From: a bacterium
Lineage (GTDB): Bacteria > Zhuqueibacterota > QNDG01 > CAYUAG01
DNA: 64,000 nt
Assembly (NCBI GenBank): GCA_046483025.1
Contig: JAWODZ010000126.1
Span: 11,981 to 75,980 of the forward strand
Reading direction: 5' to 3'
Made by a program: the position numbers and the translations under genes. Position 1 is the stretch's first letter. Each line of letters begins with the position of its first letter. Positions 47,341 to 55,772 of the stretch are shown in pieces. The notes under the pieces are model-generated. The model was not told where the DNA came from. It did not search any database and saw only the letters and a program-made list of their open reading frames with translations.

Positions 47341-47732
47341 AAAAAACTTCATATGCATTCACCAAAACAGTAAATAGAGATTTTGACCAAACCATTCAGA
47401 AACTTACGGAAGAATTGAAAAAGGAGGGTTTTGGTATTCTGACTGAGATTGATGTTCAGGCTACTCTTAAGAAAAAACTGGATGTTGATTTCAGGCCTTA
47501 CAAGATTCTGGGTGCTTGTAATCCTTCCTTTGCCTATAAAGCCTTACAGGCGGAAGAACAGATCGCATTAATGCTGCCCTGTAATGTTATTGTGTATGTG
47601 AATGAAGAGAAAGAAACCGTAGTCGCAGCTATTGATCCGGAGGCCTCAATGACGGCAATTGATAATCCTGAATTACAGGGAATCAATAAAGAAGTTCAGA
47701 CCAAGCTCAGATCAGTGATTGAGCGATGTTGA
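47337..47732 (+). CDS. DUF302 domain protein
   Basis: 131 aa. GFGILTEIDVQATLKKKLDV...YKILGACNP is the DUF302 core. Confidence 0.7.
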   Translation: MKKTSYAFTKTVNRDFDQTIQKLTEELKKEGFGILTEIDVQATLKKKLDVDFRPYKILGACNPSFAYKALQAEEQIALMLPCNVIVYVNEEKETVVAAIDPEASMTAIDNPELQGINKEVQTKLRSVIERC

Positions 47733-47779
47733 GAGAATAAGAAAAGATTAAAAAATTTTTGTAAGGAGGTGAACGAATT

Positions 47780-48016
47780 ATGCACGGATGGGAGTTTATG
47801 CACTGGGGCTGGTTTGGTTTTATTGTGCAGATTATTTTCTGGGTAGCAATCATACTGCTTATAGTATGGGTGGCAAAGAAAGTCACAGAGTCAGGTTCCG
47901 GAGATCGATCTTCTTCTGCGGGAGAATCAGCCCTGGACATTTTGAAAAAAAGATATGCCAAGGGAGAGATTGACAAAGATGAGTATGAAAAAAAGAAAAA
48001 GGACTTGACTGCATGA
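47780..48016 (+). CDS. SHOCT-domain small membrane protein (copy 3)
   Basis: MHGWEFMHWGW.. TM, then ALDILKKRYAKGEIDKDEYEKKKKDL. Confidence 0.7.
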   Translation: MHGWEFMHWGWFGFIVQIIFWVAIILLIVWVAKKVTESGSGDRSSSAGESALDILKKRYAKGEIDKDEYEKKKKDLTA

Positions 48017-48274
48017 AAAATGTACTCATTGGGAGGTCAGATTATTATTAGTTGTAACTGTTGCAAAAGTTATTTTATGTCTTTTCAAGAAGCACAGTGA
48101 TCAGGCAATCTCCTGACATAGAGTGAGAATTCAGGTGGTTATTGTACAAAAAAAATTCTTGCTATGATAAGATGAGTACTTTTTTTATCAGTCACCAAAA
48201 AGGGGGTGGTAACTAAAGATGAATTTGAGTAATGTAACTAAACTGTACGTTAATATTTTAAAGGAGAGATAATT

Positions 48275-48781
48275 ATGAAAAAACAATTATTCATTTTATT
48301 GGTAAGTATGCTGGTACTGGCTTTGTTTACATTGCCGGTTTTTTCTCAGCAGCATCATAAAAAAGAGAAACAGGAAAAAATGGAAATGATGCAGCATGGA
48401 AAAATGATGGGAGAACAGAAAGGTATGATGGATATGCATCAGATGAATGTTATGATGGATTCTACCATGAAGAGATGCAAAATGACAAATGAGTACATGC
48501 AGAAAATGAAAGACAGTCAAATGATGGGTGGTAAAATGGGTATGAAATCCATGATGGGAATGAATCAGAACCTGGAGGGAATGGCACAACAGATGAAGAT
48601 GATGACTGAAAACATGGAAACAATGATGAACAGCGAAGAGATGATGTCTGATAAAGATTTTATGGAACATATGAATAAAATGCATGAAATGATGTCACAG
48701 ACTTCCAAAAACATGGACCAGATGGCAAAGATGATGCATAGTATGATGGAGCAGACTGACAAACAAAAAGAGATGGAATAG
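48275..48781 (+). CDS. secreted methionine-rich protein (about 30% Met; MxM/MxxM repeats), putative Cu(I)-binding periplasmic protein
   Basis: Signal peptide, then MEMMQHGKMMGEQKGMMDMHQMNVMMDSTM...MMSQTSKNMDQMAKMMHSMMEQ. SD ggagag upstream. Confidence 0.7.
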   Translation: MKKQLFILLVSMLVLALFTLPVFSQQHHKKEKQEKMEMMQHGKMMGEQKGMMDMHQMNVMMDSTMKRCKMTNEYMQKMKDSQMMGGKMGMKSMMGMNQNLEGMAQQMKMMTENMETMMNSEEMMSDKDFMEHMNKMHEMMSQTSKNMDQMAKMMHSMMEQTDKQKEME

Positions 48782-48983
48782 AATTCGGTTAGAGTTGGAG
48801 GTTGTTATATAAGTTTACAAAAATGAAACCACAGGATACACAGAGAAAATAAAGAAGTTAAAAAGTATATGAATTAGTAATCCCCTTATTTTATTTTTTG
48901 CTCTGTGTATTCTTTATGGTTTTTTGTCATCCTTTAGTTTGTAAATCAATGTTAATGTAAAATTCGATAATAAAATACTGAAT

Positions 48984-49616
48984 ATGAATATACATACCAG
49001 AAAAATAAAAAGACGCTACGGCCGTATTGCCGGCATATATGATGTGATGGAAAAACCCATGGAGTTCATATTTGCCACATGGCGTCGGGAATTGATGAAA
49101 GAAGTATCCGGAGAAGTGCTGGAAGTAGGAGTGGGTACAGGTAAAAATTTACAATACTATCCCCAGGGTATGAACGTGACAGCCATAGATTTCAGTTCCC
49201 GCATGATTGACAAAGCTAGGCAAAAAGTTCGAGAACTTGAACGGCACTTCGATTTACGGGTGATGGACGTTCAGGATATGAATTTCCCGGATAACACTTT
49301 CGATACCGTGGTGACTTCCTGTGTGTTCTGTTCGGTACCGGATCCGGTAAAAGGACTGAAAGAGATCCGCCGGGTGTGTAAATCAGGAGGAAAAGTAGTG
49401 ATGCTGGAGCATGTACGCAGTCAGAGACCAATATTAGGCCCTTTAATGGATATTTTGAATCCTGTACCAGTTTTAATGTATGGAGCCAATATCAATCGAA
49501 ATACCATTCAGAATCTGAGAATGGCCGGTTTTCGGAATATAGAAGTCAGGAATTTATGGTTGGATATTGTAAAACTGATCGTTGTTACACATGTAAAACA
49601 ATCAGTAGGTAAATAG
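48984..49616 (+). CDS. class I SAM-dependent methyltransferase (Methyltransf_11/UbiE-like)
   Basis: Motif I VLEVGVGTGKNL, motif post-I IDFS..M. Confidence 0.75.
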   Translation: MNIHTRKIKRRYGRIAGIYDVMEKPMEFIFATWRRELMKEVSGEVLEVGVGTGKNLQYYPQGMNVTAIDFSSRMIDKARQKVRELERHFDLRVMDVQDMNFPDNTFDTVVTSCVFCSVPDPVKGLKEIRRVCKSGGKVVMLEHVRSQRPILGPLMDILNPVPVLMYGANINRNTIQNLRMAGFRNIEVRNLWLDIVKLIVVTHVKQSVGK

Positions 49617-49676
49617 ATTTTAATCCGGAACTTTACATGGTAAAATACTAATTTTTATATGTACGAGGAGAAATGA

Positions 49677-51926
49677 ATGAAGAAAATTTTAGGGATTCTA
49701 CTGGTTTTGTTATTATTTAATACAGTTTTTGCTCATAATGAATTGACTCCCACAGTCAATGGGGATTCTATTATTTATGAGCTTACCATTCATTATAAAA
49801 CCGTCAATTTTACCGGAAAAGAAACCCAGGCCATAGCGGTGAACAATTCCATTCCGGCTCCCGTGCTCCGGTTTCAGGAAGGTAAAATTGCTGTAATACA
49901 AGTGACAAACGAAATGTCGGAAGAGGCGTCCATTCACTGGCATGGACTGATTCTGCCTAATTTTCAGGATGGAGTACCCTATCTTACTACACCTCCCATA
50001 CGTGCCGGTAAAACCTTTACTTACAGTTTTCCGCTCAAACAGTCAGGCACTTACTGGTATCACTCCCATACCGGGCTGCAGGAACAAAAAGGATTATACG
50101 GCGGGATTATAATTGAACCCAGAGAAAGTACAATTCAGTACGATCGGGATCTGGTCCTGGTGCTTTCGGACTGGACGGATCAGGATCCCCGCAAGGTTCT
50201 TAAAAACCTGAAACGTCATAATGAGTGGTACGGAGTAAAGATCGGAAATGCTCCCTCACTCTGGGATGCAGTAAAAAATAACACCTTGATACCCCAGTTT
50301 AAATTATGGGCTGATCAGATGCCGGGCATGCATATATCTGATATTTATTATGATGCTTTTTTGATCAACGGTAAGAAGGAACAGGTATACGAAGATTTTT
50401 TACCTGGTGAAGAGGTCAGGTTACAGGTAATAAATGCTGCTGCCTCCAGTTATTTCTGGCTCACCTGGGCCGGAGGTGATTTGGAGATTATCTCAGCAGA
50501 TGGCCTGAATGTACAGCCGGTTAAAGCTGAGAAAGTTTTGATCGGGATAGCGGAAACTTATGATTTTATCATTACAATTGCGGAAGGTAAAAGCCTTGAA
50601 TTCAGGGCCACTGCTCAGGATGTTACCGGAAGTTCATCTGTTTTTATGGGGAGAGGAAAAAGAACAGAAGCTCCCGGGATCCCTTTTCCCAATTATCAAA
50701 AGCTGGGAAGAAAGATGGCAGAGCTGCACGGGGGAGGAGACAGTATGGAGCTTAAAGGTGATGAAAAAGGTGATTTAAAAAAGCATGATAATGTCATGAA
50801 AATGTCCAGTGATCATTCTACAGATAAAATGCAGAAAAATACGGACTCAGCCATGCAGCATACCATGCAGGAAGAACATGGTATGAAAGTAACCGATCCC
50901 ATGATTATGTGGAACGCGGGGTATTCTAATACAATATTAAAATCAGTGGAACCGACAAAATTTTCCCAGGATTCCCCGGTAAGACATCTGGTTTTAAATC
51001 TTACAGGTGATATGTGGCGATATAACTGGAATATCAACGGAAAACCTCTCTCAAAAGCGGATAAGATCAGGATAAACAAAGGTGAAGTAGTCCAGATTAC
51101 TCTGAACAATACTACTATGATGCATCATCCCATGCATTTACACGGTCATTTTTTCAGAGTGCTGAATGGTAATGGAGATCATTCTCCCCTGAAACATACA
51201 GTGGACATACCCCCAATGAGCAGAACAACCATTGAATTTGCTGCCTCAGAAGATAAAGACTGGTTCTTTCACTGTCATATTCTGTATCATATGTCAGCGG
51301 GTATGGCCCGGATTTTCAGTTATAATCACAGCATTAGAGATAAAAGACTTGATAAATATCCACTCAAAAATTTCTTAAAACATGACAGTGAATGGTTTTT
51401 CTGGGGTGATATCAGCGGATTAAGTCATAAGGGGGTACTTGAACTGGTTTTGTCCAACACCTATAATCAAATTAATCTAAAAGCAGAATATGGGTGGCAA
51501 CAACAGATATATGAAGCCAAATTAGACTATGAACGATTTATCCAAAATTATTTCAGAATATACACCGGTCTGAAAGCTGAAACCGAAGAAGCTGATAACT
51601 GGGATGATCCGCATACATCCGGCAGAGTCGGTATTCGGTATTTACTTTTGTATATTTTAGATACGGATATAAGCATTGATCATCAACTGAGACCGGAAAT
51701 AGCCTTGGAAGCCCATCTGCCTCTTACCAAACGCCTGATATCGGCAGGGCATCTGGAATGGAAAAATGATTTTGGCTGGATCAATGAATTACCTGAAGGT
51801 GTGAACCAGGAAGGGGAGCTGGTCTGGAATGTGAATCTTGAATATATTTTAGGAAAGAATTTTTTGCTTTCAGCCGGATATGATAATCGTTTTGAGTGGG
51901 GAGGGGGACTTAAAATATTATTTTAA
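49677..51926 (+). CDS. multicopper oxidase (CopA/CueO-like) with Met-rich insert and an about 210-aa C-terminal beta-rich extension ending in Phe
   Basis: Copper motifs HWHGL, WYHSH, HPMHLHGH and HCHILYHMSAGM. Met-rich segment MKMSSDHSTDKMQKNTDSAMQHTMQEEHGMKVTDPMIMW. Extension from about residue 540 ends ...GGGLKILF. Confidence 0.8.
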   Translation: MKKILGILLVLLLFNTVFAHNELTPTVNGDSIIYELTIHYKTVNFTGKETQAIAVNNSIPAPVLRFQEGKIAVIQVTNEMSEEASIHWHGLILPNFQDGVPYLTTPPIRAGKTFTYSFPLKQSGTYWYHSHTGLQEQKGLYGGIIIEPRESTIQYDRDLVLVLSDWTDQDPRKVLKNLKRHNEWYGVKIGNAPSLWDAVKNNTLIPQFKLWADQMPGMHISDIYYDAFLINGKKEQVYEDFLPGEEVRLQVINAAASSYFWLTWAGGDLEIISADGLNVQPVKAEKVLIGIAETYDFIITIAEGKSLEFRATAQDVTGSSSVFMGRGKRTEAPGIPFPNYQKLGRKMAELHGGGDSMELKGDEKGDLKKHDNVMKMSSDHSTDKMQKNTDSAMQHTMQEEHGMKVTDPMIMWNAGYSNTILKSVEPTKFSQDSPVRHLVLNLTGDMWRYNWNINGKPLSKADKIRINKGEVVQITLNNTTMMHHPMHLHGHFFRVLNGNGDHSPLKHTVDIPPMSRTTIEFAASEDKDWFFHCHILYHMSAGMARIFSYNHSIRDKRLDKYPLKNFLKHDSEWFFWGDISGLSHKGVLELVLSNTYNQINLKAEYGWQQQIYEAKLDYERFIQNYFRIYTGLKAETEEADNWDDPHTSGRVGIRYLLLYILDTDISIDHQLRPEIALEAHLPLTKRLISAGHLEWKNDFGWINELPEGVNQEGELVWNVNLEYILGKNFLLSAGYDNRFEWGGGLKILF

Positions 51927-51975
51927 AAAAGTAAGATGTACATTATAAAACCTACTGAATATAAATGGCAAGGTT

Positions 51976-52614
51976 ATGAAGTTAACATTTCTGGGAACTC
52001 GTGGGTACATTGAGGCTCGAAGCCGCCATCACCGGATGCACAGTTCCCTGATGGTCAGCTATCAGGGTAAAAAAGTAATGATCGACTGCGGTGAGGACTG
52101 GCTGGGAGCAGTATATGATCTTCATCCCCGGGCTATTGTGCTCACGCATGCGCATCCGGATCATGCCGGGGGACTGAAGGGGGAAGCTCCCTGTCCGGTG
52201 TATGCTATCCGAGTATCCTGGGAAAAGTTAAAGGATTACGGAATCGAGAAGCGAGTAACTATACCGGAAAGAAAGGCGGTGACAATTGCCGGGATTACTT
52301 TCCAGGCTTTTCCCGTGGATCATTCCACCCGGGCTCCTGCAGTAGGGTACCGTATCAGCGCCGGAAAGGTGACGATTTTTTATGCCCCGGATCTGGTCTG
52401 GATCCATGACCGTACAGCAGCTCTTTCCGGGGTTAAGGTATACATCGGAGACGCGGCTACTATCAGTAAATCCCTGGTGCGCAAGATGGAGGGGAATTTA
52501 ATCGGGCATACTTTTCTTCGTACTCAACTGACCTGGTGTCAGAAAGAAGGAGTTCCCCGGGCCATATTCACTCATCTTGGCGCTGAGATTGTGGAGGGTG
52601 ACGAGCGTTCTTAA
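51976..52614 (+). CDS. MBL-fold metallo-hydrolase (truncated by an in-frame TAA; ancestral frame continues to 52698)
   Basis: HxHxDH motif LTHAHPDHAGG. After the TAA at 52612-52614 the same frame encodes KARIKKLAEERGVQVQIAWDGREEILR, which looks like the usual A.DG..I.L MBL C-terminus. Confidence 0.7.
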   Translation: MKLTFLGTRGYIEARSRHHRMHSSLMVSYQGKKVMIDCGEDWLGAVYDLHPRAIVLTHAHPDHAGGLKGEAPCPVYAIRVSWEKLKDYGIEKRVTIPERKAVTIAGITFQAFPVDHSTRAPAVGYRISAGKVTIFYAPDLVWIHDRTAALSGVKVYIGDAATISKSLVRKMEGNLIGHTFLRTQLTWCQKEGVPRAIFTHLGAEIVEGDERS

Positions 52615-52786
52615 AAAGCCAGGATAAAAAAACTGGCTGAGGAGCGGGGAGTGCAGGTACAGATTGCCTGGGACGGCAGGGAAGAGATTTTGAGATAGTT
52701 CTGTTGACAATATCAATTTTATATTTTGGCTTGATCTTCTTTTTTCAAGTTGTAAAATCAAAGCCATAGTATCTGTAACATAACTA

Positions 52787-53023
52787 TTATTCATACGGAT
52801 ATATCTTTTTACAATTGTTAAATTCCTCTTCTAAATGTACCAAGGATATTTTATTTAGACTGCTTAATTTAGTATTTATGTTTTTTTCGAAAGATTGATC
52901 TACGATATCTTTGAGTTTTTTAGTTTTAATAAACTGAATAAAATCTAAAATTTCATTTAATGACTCGAATGACAAATTTTTTGTTTCTTCAATAATCATT
53001 TTTTCTAATATTTTTTTACTCAT
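52787..53023 (-). CDS. hypothetical small protein (78 aa) in an AT-rich patch
   Basis: Minus-strand ORF with SD GGAGAAAAT upstream. No recognisable domain. Confidence 0.4.
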   Translation of the reverse strand: MSKKILEKMIIEETKNLSFESLNEILDFIQFIKTKKLKDIVDQSFEKNINTKLSSLNKISLVHLEEEFNNCKKIYPYE

Positions 53024-53264
53024 ATTTTCTCCATATCAACGTTCAATTATATTTTGAAATTTACTTAATTAAATATATATAAAAATTTGGGAATAATCAA
53101 TCGTATTTATTTTTGTAGGTTAACATTTTTTCCGTATTAGATGTAAAGTATACCATTTGTTTAGTCAGATTCCCTGAAGAGAAAAATCAGAAATTTACCT
53201 ATTGAATTTTTAGCTTTTATATTCAAAATTTAACAATAAATAAAAGTATAAAACTAGAAAAAGT

Positions 53265-53699
53265 ATGAAAGGAGAAAATATGTATTGTCACAAAATACGA
53301 AATATTCCCATTTATCTGTTTCTGGTAATTGTTGTGATTCTGACAACCGGAATTCTTACTTTGTGTAAAAAGAAAGATCCCAGAGATCAATTTGTAGTAG
53401 AAGGGTATGATGTGGAAATTGTTGATCATGAATTTCACCCCAACAGCATAGATGTGATAAAAGGAAATGAAGTAGTGTGGGAAAATCTGGGGGATACTGT
53501 GCATACAGTTACCAGCGGATTTCCCGAGGATCCCGAACATTATTTTAACAGTGACATCATCAAATCGGGTGAGGAGTTTCACGTACGCTTTGACAGTCTG
53601 GGCTCTTTTGTCTATTACTGTCAATTTCATCCTGATTCCATGACCGGGATTGTGAATGTAGTGGAAGATACCTTAATCAAAAAACCAATTAGTGAATAA
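53265..53699 (+). CDS. cupredoxin (plastocyanin/azurin-like type 1 copper protein), probable lipoprotein
   Basis: Lipobox LTLC. Type 1 Cu ligands H..(n)..YYCQFHPDSM (Cys-His-Met). An alternative start at 53280 is possible. Confidence 0.8.
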   Translation: MKGENMYCHKIRNIPIYLFLVIVVILTTGILTLCKKKDPRDQFVVEGYDVEIVDHEFHPNSIDVIKGNEVVWENLGDTVHTVTSGFPEDPEHYFNSDIIKSGEEFHVRFDSLGSFVYYCQFHPDSMTGIVNVVEDTLIKKPISE

Positions 53700-53711
53700 A
53701 GAGAGGAATCT

Positions 53712-53900
53712 ATGATTTTAGGAATTATTTTTGTTTTAGCCGGAGTGTTAATTGCTCTGTTCCCCCAGTTGCTTGTCTGGATTGTTGCTATTTCTCTGAT
53801 TTTCTGGGGTTTATCTTTTATTTATCTTAGTTTTTATTACCGCAGGATTTCCCGCAGGTTTGACGATCCTTATATTGATTTCTTTTTTCGTTTGAAATAA
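53712..53900 (+). CDS. small two-TM membrane protein, hypothetical
   Basis: 62 aa, two hydrophobic helices. SD agagagg upstream. Confidence 0.45.
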   Translation: MILGIIFVLAGVLIALFPQLLVWIVAISLIFWGLSFIYLSFYYRRISRRFDDPYIDFFFRLK

Positions 53901-53910
53901 AATACCTGGA

Positions 53911-55512
53911 ATGGCTCAGATCGATCAAAAAGAGAAACAATTAAGCGAACAATTGCTCACCGATTTACAGTCACCGGAATCATACCCTTTTCCGGTTGAA
54001 GAAGTGAAGGTGATTCAAACCCACATTTCTTTTGTGGCTCTTACCTCCGACTGGGTCTATAAAATCAAAAAACCGGTGAATCTGGGATTCCTGGACTTCT
54101 CCACCCTGAAAAAACGACGAAAACAATGTGAAAAAGAAGTAAAACTGAATCGACGGTTGTGCAAAAATATGTATGAAGGGGTAGTACCCATTTCCAGAAA
54201 AAATGGTTCTCTGAAGATAGAGGAGGACAGCAACATTGTTGATTATGCCGTAAAGATGAGAAGACTTTCAGAGAATGGATTTTTAAACCGTCAGGTTAGA
54301 GAAGGCAATGTAGATAAAAAAGACATTGATCGGGTAGTGGAGCTTTTAAAAGAATTTTACCGGTCTCAGGAACCGGCAGCTGAACCAGCGGAATGGGGAC
54401 GTCCGGAGAACCTGATGATTTCCATTGATGAAAATTTCCAACAGACAGCCGGTTTTCAGGGTGATTTGTTAAAGGAGTCGGCTTTCCGGGCCATTCAGAC
54501 TTTTCAGAAACAGTTTATGTACTGCCAATCCGATCTTTTAAACCAGAGGAGAGCGGAGGGATGTATTGTAAACGGTCACGGGGATCTGCGTCTGGAACAC
54601 ATCCATCTTACTTCCCCAAATATAAATATTTTTGACTGTATTGAATTCAATGATCGTTTCAGGTTTATTGACATTGCCAATGACGTAGCCTTTTTGGCCA
54701 TGGATCTGGATTATCATAACTGTAGTGATCTGGCTGCATATTTTATCCGCAGAATGAGCAAGGCTCTAGCGGATTCCGATTTACCCCGGATGGTGGATTT
54801 CTATAAAAGTTATCGAGCCTATGTAAGAGCAAAAGTGCAGAGCCTGAAAAGCTGTGAACCTGAGGTTTCTGAGGAACAGAAGAAAAAAAGCAGAAAAGCG
54901 GCGGTTGATTTATTTCGTCTGGCCTTGAATTATTCCCTGAATGGATTGAAACCCATGGTATTGATAATCATGGGAGGAATTGGAACCGGAAAAACAACCG
55001 TAGCACAAGGTCTTGCGGATGCCCTGGGATGGGAGGTATTCCGATCCGACTGCCAGCGTAAACAATTGGCACAGGTTCCCTTACGGAAACGTCCGTTACC
55101 GGAAGAACGGGAAAAACTGTACTCTCCGAAAATGACTAAAAAAACCTATACCGCCCTAAAAGAAAAAGCAATTAAAAGAACACACAATGGAAAAAGTAGT
55201 CTGCTGGATGCCACGTACGGCAGCAAAGGGCTGCGTGATGATCTCCGAGAATCATTACATTCAGCAAATATTCCCTATTTTTTTGCTGAATTATCTGTGA
55301 GTGAAGAGAAGGTCAAGAAACGACTCCAGGAACGTGAATACACATCAAACCTTATTTCTGATGCCAGGATAGAGGATTTTCATCAACTGAAAAAAATGTA
55401 TGAATCACCAGATGCTCTGGAAGATGCCCGGCATTTCGTTGTTGACAGCGAACAATCTCTGGAAAATACTTTGTATGATATTTTAAACGGGACAATCCGT
55501 TTAAGAAATTAG
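53911..55512 (+). CDS. bifunctional aminoglycoside-phosphotransferase-like kinase domain / P-loop ATP-binding (AAA_33-like) protein
   Basis: N-terminal APH/protein-kinase-like fold (HGDLRLEHIHL, D..FLAMDLD). C-terminal Walker A LIIMGGIGTGKTTVA. Confidence 0.7.
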   Translation: MAQIDQKEKQLSEQLLTDLQSPESYPFPVEEVKVIQTHISFVALTSDWVYKIKKPVNLGFLDFSTLKKRRKQCEKEVKLNRRLCKNMYEGVVPISRKNGSLKIEEDSNIVDYAVKMRRLSENGFLNRQVREGNVDKKDIDRVVELLKEFYRSQEPAAEPAEWGRPENLMISIDENFQQTAGFQGDLLKESAFRAIQTFQKQFMYCQSDLLNQRRAEGCIVNGHGDLRLEHIHLTSPNINIFDCIEFNDRFRFIDIANDVAFLAMDLDYHNCSDLAAYFIRRMSKALADSDLPRMVDFYKSYRAYVRAKVQSLKSCEPEVSEEQKKKSRKAAVDLFRLALNYSLNGLKPMVLIIMGGIGTGKTTVAQGLADALGWEVFRSDCQRKQLAQVPLRKRPLPEEREKLYSPKMTKKTYTALKEKAIKRTHNGKSSLLDATYGSKGLRDDLRESLHSANIPYFFAELSVSEEKVKKRLQEREYTSNLISDARIEDFHQLKKMYESPDALEDARHFVVDSEQSLENTLYDILNGTIRLRN

Positions 55513-55772
55513 CATACCTGAAACATATCACTTATAAATTACTAATTTATTTTGTTTCCCTTTTATGAGAATGTTTAATTGTAAAATTATCTGAATTTTT
55601 TTGATATTTTAAGTATATTTAGTTACATTATTTTATAATAGATATGATTATCCGGTTATTGGTACCGGAGATTGTATTCTTTAAATGTATTCAAAAAATT
55701 TGTTTAAATTTCAGAATAAATATTTTTTCATGAAAATTACCCATGAAGTGTAAAGGTTAAAATTTAAGATTA

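Noticed and set aside
48296-48685. His-rich 129-aa minus-strand ORF that could be read as a metal-binding protein
   Set aside because: It is the mirror image of the Met-rich gene (ATG codons read as CAT=His on the other strand). The plus-strand gene has the signal peptide and SD, so the minus ORF is an artefact.
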